Source: Octopus sinensis (lineage: Eukaryota). From it: a stretch of 26,549 bases of DNA. This document shows, in pieces, positions 21,751-26,549 of the stretch. The DNA lies in assembly GCF_006345805.1 (NCBI RefSeq), contig NW_021834124.1:1-26549 (forward strand), read 5' to 3'. Position numbers and translations under genes: made by a program. The stretch's first letter is position 1. Every line of letters begins with the position of its first letter. The notes beneath the pieces were generated by a model, which did no database searches, was not told where the DNA came from, and worked only from the letters and a program-made list of their open reading frames with translations.

Positions 21751-21940
21751 GGAGATGTACTTGCATAGCGAGTGATTTGATCTGAGATCGTGTGCTGAAA
21801 TGAAAACAATTGCAGCGTGGAAGATGTTTGTAAGCCAATTAAGAAACACGCAAAGCCGATCGATTCACTTCAACATTTAAGTTTAATTTGTCAAAATGTT
21901 TTCGTCGCTTTAAGACCGCGACCTGTTCACTGACAAAATA
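21751..21940 (-). mobile_element. ~190-bp module between (TA)n tracts containing a hammerhead-like motif
   Basis: Mixed-composition block sharply bounded by (TA)n on both sides; contains 21887-21937. Confidence 0.55.
21887..21937 (-). ncRNA. Candidate minimal type-I hammerhead ribozyme with G3:C8 variant core
   Basis: Minus strand: tttgtca-GTGAACA-g-gtcgc-ggtcttaaa-gcgac-GAAA-acat-TT-tgacaaa. Stem I is a perfect 7 bp, stem II a perfect 5 bp, and the element order is correct. Confidence 0.6.
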
Positions 21941-22289
21941 TATATATTATAATATATATATATATATATATTATATATAATATATATATATACATATATA
22001 TATTATATTATAGTAAATTTCGCTTGACCAAGCCGCGCGGGTACAATCTTGAATAGAGCTGCATCAGGACATCTACCCTGGATGAATGTAAATTGCAATT
22101 AAACCAACTGGTTGCTCATATATGCTACATTGAAGGACATTCGGCCGTCAAAGATTAACCAGTTATTTAACAGGGCGGATAGCTGTGGTTTCAGATTTGG
22201 AGATAATATCGTATTTCGATAACCAGTCTCCCACGCCACATATGCGACTTGGCGCTTCCGGTATCTATATTTGTATGCATGCATGTATG

Positions 22290-22322
<33 letters not shown>

Positions 22323-22327
22323 TATGT

Positions 22328-22891
22328 CAGTGCACTTTCGAGTGCTACTGGTAACATGTAACCCAGTACAACCTGTTGCATAGTCGGCTCGTCGACGACT
22401 AAACCGGCAACCCCACCAAGCTCGCTTGGTGAGGAGGGTGTTTATTGGATACCCTGCAGGATGAAAAACAAAACCCGTCAAAGGGAGGAGGAACTCTTGA
22501 GAGTCAACGGCCATCCAATAAATGTCTTAAGGCTGTATCATGAGCGGGGACATAGAAATAATCGGACTGAATACCCGATCGCGCGGTTAAATCATCGGGA
22601 GTGAAGGACTCCTAGTCTTTGTTAGGGCATCCTTCAAGGAGAAGGTAACTCAGGTAACTGGGATAACTCCGACATAAAACCTGCGGCTCAGTGGTTACCG
22701 ATGATGTTGACTTGTTCTTCTTTTCGGATTATGGCTGTTGTTGCTTAGTGAGTGAGATTGACTTAGTGCACAGCCTTTCCTCACTTTAAAAAAAATCTTC
22801 TTGCACAGGCATTGCACGATAACGACATTGATTAAGCTTCGTGCAATGGCTATACTCGATAACGAGGGGGCAGCCACCACACCATGTATGC
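22328..22891 (+). mobile_element. ~560-bp RTE-related non-autonomous retroelement with 13-bp TSD in (TGTA)n
   Basis: TSD atgtatgttatgt at 22315-22327 and 22892-22904. RTE 5'UTR-like block gggcatccttcaaggagaaggtaactc, a 3' end ctcgataacgagggggcagccacc, and no credible ORF. Confidence 0.8.
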
Positions 22892-23344
22892 ATGTATGTT
22901 ATGTATGTATGTATGTATGTATGTATGTATGTATGTATGTATGTATGTATGTATGTATTCGACCTCGTGTTTGCAATGCGAACAGCCATTCAGCTGTACT
23001 GTATACAATTTCGCAGTACTCGCATAAGCTCGCGGTTATTTTTCGTGTCAGGAAACTTCATGCCTTTCCTAGAATAACGATGAATAGTCTGGGGCGAAGA
23101 ACATAGGTCGAGCTATTGAAATCCTGTTCTAGCTTCAGTGTCTCTAGCTTCAGAGTCCGGTTTAAGTGGGAAATGTAATTAGTTCGTCAATGAATATGAC
23201 TCAGGGGATGTCCTTAATGAAACTTTGACCAGTAATTGTATGAACAGATCTATTCTATGGCCTAAGCCTTTTGAGTCATGCAAACCGTCCAATCTTTTTT
23301 TAGATTTAGGTGCTTTCATTTTCTCACACCTAGTGCATGTAAGA

Positions 23345-23520
23345 TTATATATATAATATAATATAATATATAATATATTAATATAAATATATATATATAA
23401 TATATATATAATATATAATATATATATATATATAATATATATAATATAATTATATTATATAATATATATAATATGATTATATTATATAATATATAATATT
23501 ATGTAATATATTATATAATA
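23345..23520. repeat. Degenerate (TA)n/(TAA) tract
   Basis: Direct inspection. Confidence 0.95.
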
Positions 23521-23930
23521 GGCGCAGGAGTGGCTGTGTGGTAAGTAGCTTGCTTACGAACCACATGGTTCCGGGTTCAGTCCCACTGCGTGGCACCTTG
23601 GGCAAATGTCTTCTACTATAGCCTCGGGCTGACCAAAGCCTTGTGAGTGGATTTGGTAGACGGAAACTGAAGAAGCCCGTCGTAATATGTATATATCTAT
23701 TATATATGCGTGTGTGTTTGTGTGTCTGTGTTTGTCCCCCTAGCATTGCTTGACAACCGATGCTGGTGTGTTTATGTCCCCGTCACTTAGCGGTTCGGCA
23801 AAAGAGACCGATAGGATAAGTACTGGGCTTACAAAAGAATAAGTCCCGGGGTCGAGTTGCTCGATTAAAGGCGGTGATCCAGCATGGCCGCAGTCAAATG
23901 ACTGAAACAAGTAAAAGAGAGTAAAAGAGA
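23520..23930 (+). mobile_element. Family A SINE, full length
   Basis: Complete head, body and gtaaaagaga tail. Confidence 0.95.
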
Positions 23931-24262
23931 ATATGTCTATGAAACAAAGATATTAAAATTAAATGAATGCATATTTAATAGATATTTGGCTACTATTTCG
24001 TAGAAACCGAGAACGTTAGTGAGTTGACAAAATTGTTAGCCCATCGGATACAAGGTTTGTCGTTAACTGTCCCTCCGGTCCGAGTTCCAATCCTGCTTGA
24101 GTCGAATTTATCTTTCGTACTTTCGACGATTCTGTTTAGCTTCACAGCATATTGCATTGAATTCTACCTCAGTTACACATTTGGAGTACTTTCAAATATA
24201 TATTAATAGAACCCACATATGTACATATATGCGTGTGGAGAAAGAGAAAGCGAATAATTAAA

Positions 24263-24290
24263 AGACAGACAGGCATACATACAGACAGAC

Positions 24291-24341
<51 letters not shown>

Positions 24342-24437
24342 CACAGACAGGCTGACAGATAGAGAGACAGACAGATAGAGAGACAGACAGACACATAGAT
24401 AGAGAGAGAGAGACTGACAGACAGACACACTCACACT

Positions 24438-24506
<69 letters not shown>

Positions 24507-24567
24507 GATATATATATATATATACAGACACGAGAGACTGACATACTGATAAACACATAGATAGATA
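24263..24567. repeat. (GACA)n/(GATA)n/(CA)n/(TA)n compound microsatellite
   Basis: Direct inspection. Confidence 0.95.
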
Positions 24568-25299
24568 AGTTTCTTTATTGGCCACACAGGGCTGCACACA
24601 GATGGGACAAGTTACAAGGTAGAGCTTTTCTTTTGGGAGATGAAGAAAACAAAAAAAAGGGGGTGGCTTAGGTTTTCGATCAAGAGGGATCGTAAAAGGG
24701 AAGAAAAGAACAAAAAAAGTAAATAAATAAATAAAATAAAAAATAAAAAGAATAAAAGAAAAAAAAAGGAAAAGGAACAAGAGAAAAGAGAAATGAAAAA
24801 AGAAGAAAAAGGGGGAAAAAAAGGGAAGAGGAAAAAAAAAAACGATCAATAGGAATCGTGTATCACGGTGTTATGATATATGGTGTAAAGGGGAAAGCAA
24901 GTAAGGTTATCCGTGGGAAGAAAAGCCTACGAAAGACCACGGTAACCTTGGTCAATATTGTTATATGTTACCACATTGTTTGCAAGTGGCTAACCCTCTG
25001 TTTTCAATTTCTGGGTTCATAGGATTATGCTCAAGGTGCTTCGTCATTCATACGTCCATCCATTGACATCCTGCTACATTCACCCATCTTTTTTAAAACA
25101 TTCGCTAGACAAAACTTGCCTCTCTACTCTCACTTTCCTCTTCAAGTGGTACTTGAAGAAGTTGATGAGAGATTGACCAGAGAGGAAAGTGTTGTCTCCA
25201 ATCCTTTCAGACGCGTCCCCCAATACATTCTTTCGCCATAGCCACAAGGATTATGACGAAAGAATGTATCTGGTGGACGCGTCTGAAAGGATTGGAGAC
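24568..25299 (-). mobile_element. 5'-truncated Tx1/L1-like LINE (ORF2 C-terminus plus U-rich 3' UTR) with inverted 5' duplication and 17-bp TSD
   Basis: ILVAMAKECIWWTRLKGLETNT (reconstructed from the two arms), continuing FLSGQSLINFFKYHLKRKVRVERQVLSSECF. AATAAA near the 3' end (tttatt ~24574-24579). TSD aaacacatagatagata at 24551-24567 and 25300-25316. Confidence 0.8.
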
Positions 25300-25305
25300 A
25301 AACAC

Positions 25306-25306
<1 letters not shown>

Positions 25307-25379
<73 letters not shown>
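25307..25379. repeat. (GATA)n microsatellite
   Basis: Direct inspection. Confidence 0.97.
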
Positions 25380-26219
25380 GTACCAATGTAAGTGTAAGCA
25401 ATGGATGAAAAAGAAAATGCTCAGTACTAAAATCGGGTGATATAAATTCTAGGTAAGGTATGTTTTGTTGAGCGATTTTGTAGTGTTTTTATGACGGATG
25501 TGCTTTCCGTTTGTCATCGATGTATCCGAAAATAATTTTAGTTCTATATTTAATCAGAGTATTATACAATTTTCATTTAAGACAAAATGTTGACCTCTTT
25601 TATATTCCAATGATGAGAGTAAAATAAACCAATCTGATGTTTTCGCAGAAAATATGGTACAGCTGAGAAATTGAAATTCAGATTAAAAGTGCTTTGAATG
25701 TCACACTTTTCTTTTGTGGGTTTTTTCATGTTTTCTAAACAGAGGCCATATACAGTATCCCAGCGGCCTTTCTATTTAGCCTCTACTATTAGGCTATATT
25801 CATGAAACATTTCTCAATGCTCCTAGCTAACGTCACCATAATTTTTTTTACATAAAAATTGATGATGGAAAGCAATAAATTCACTTTTAAAGAAAAGTGG
25901 CCTTTAAACGTTTTCGAACGTAAACCACTTGTTGAGCTAATCCGGAGCTAGAAATCGTCGATACGTTTAGCTTGTGAGATGGTATTCAACGGTCAATGGA
26001 TCGATGACAGTGGAAATCGGTCGAGAACGTAACCAAGGTATTTAATATTCACAGCTTCAATCTTTTGCAGAATGAGATGGTTTACACCGAATGTTTTGTA
26101 AATTCTGCGCGTCCAAATGCAATCTTTTTTATGAGATTTTGGGTTTTATTTTTTAATTCTTTTTACATAATATTAGAAATCTAAACTACAACTTCATATT
26201 TTCCTTTTGTCAACACTAC

Positions 26220-26500
26220 TCCAAACTATCTCTTGGCTTGCGCAATTGATGCTCCCTTCCGCTGTTTCCAGACTAAATTTTACACTCAAGAAGACGGGCT
26301 GGCGATGGGTTCTCCATTAGGACTCACATTCGCAGCCTTGAACGTGACTAAATTGGAAAACGAATTCATTTTCAAGTATAATCACTCAATCCACACCAAG
26401 TGAGACTGATGACATTCATTGCGACAGATAAGAGCGCTCCGACTGATAGATTAAAAAATTTTGACAATAAAACCCTCTTTACGTTTACAATCCATAACAT
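26220..26500 (+). pseudogene. Decayed Penelope-like element reverse transcriptase fragment
   Basis: NYLLACAIDAPFRCFQTKFYTQEDGLAMGSPLGLTFAALNVTKLENE matches the PLE RT motif FYxQxDGxAMGSPL. A DDI remnant (gatgacatt) follows at ~26408. Confidence 0.8.
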
Positions 26501-26549
26501 CTCACGCATAAATTCAAGCCATAACACTACACCAATTTTTATATGAATA

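Noticed and set aside
4411-23930. Recurring ORFs such as RRHLPKMPRSGTEPGTM suggesting a gene family or CRISPR-like array
   Set aside because: They are antisense translations of dispersed family A SINE copies, with no regular repeat-spacer periodicity.

Overview
AT-rich eukaryotic (animal) DNA with no supportable host protein-coding gene. The SINE families and extreme microsatellite density look like an octopus/cephalopod genome (inference from recognising the repeats). The window is a transposon graveyard. It holds four decayed Tc1/mariner-superfamily elements of different lineages (DD41D-like, DD37D/maT, DD37E/TRT with long TIRs, DD34D mariner) and a Gypsy (K02A2.6/Mag-like) LTR element whose RT/RNase H is deleted. 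It also holds non-autonomous Helitrons, at least four tRNA-derived SINE families, RTE-, Tx1/L1- and Penelope-type retroelement fragments, and many simple repeats, which generate most of the ORF track. The most unusual signal is a set of short (TA)n-flanked modules on the minus strand that each carry a minimal type-I hammerhead-ribozyme-like fold with a non-canonical core. The best one (21887-21937) has a compensatory G3:C8 swap. Also notable is a LINE insertion in (GATA)n with a 17-bp TSD and a fold-back 5' inverted duplication.
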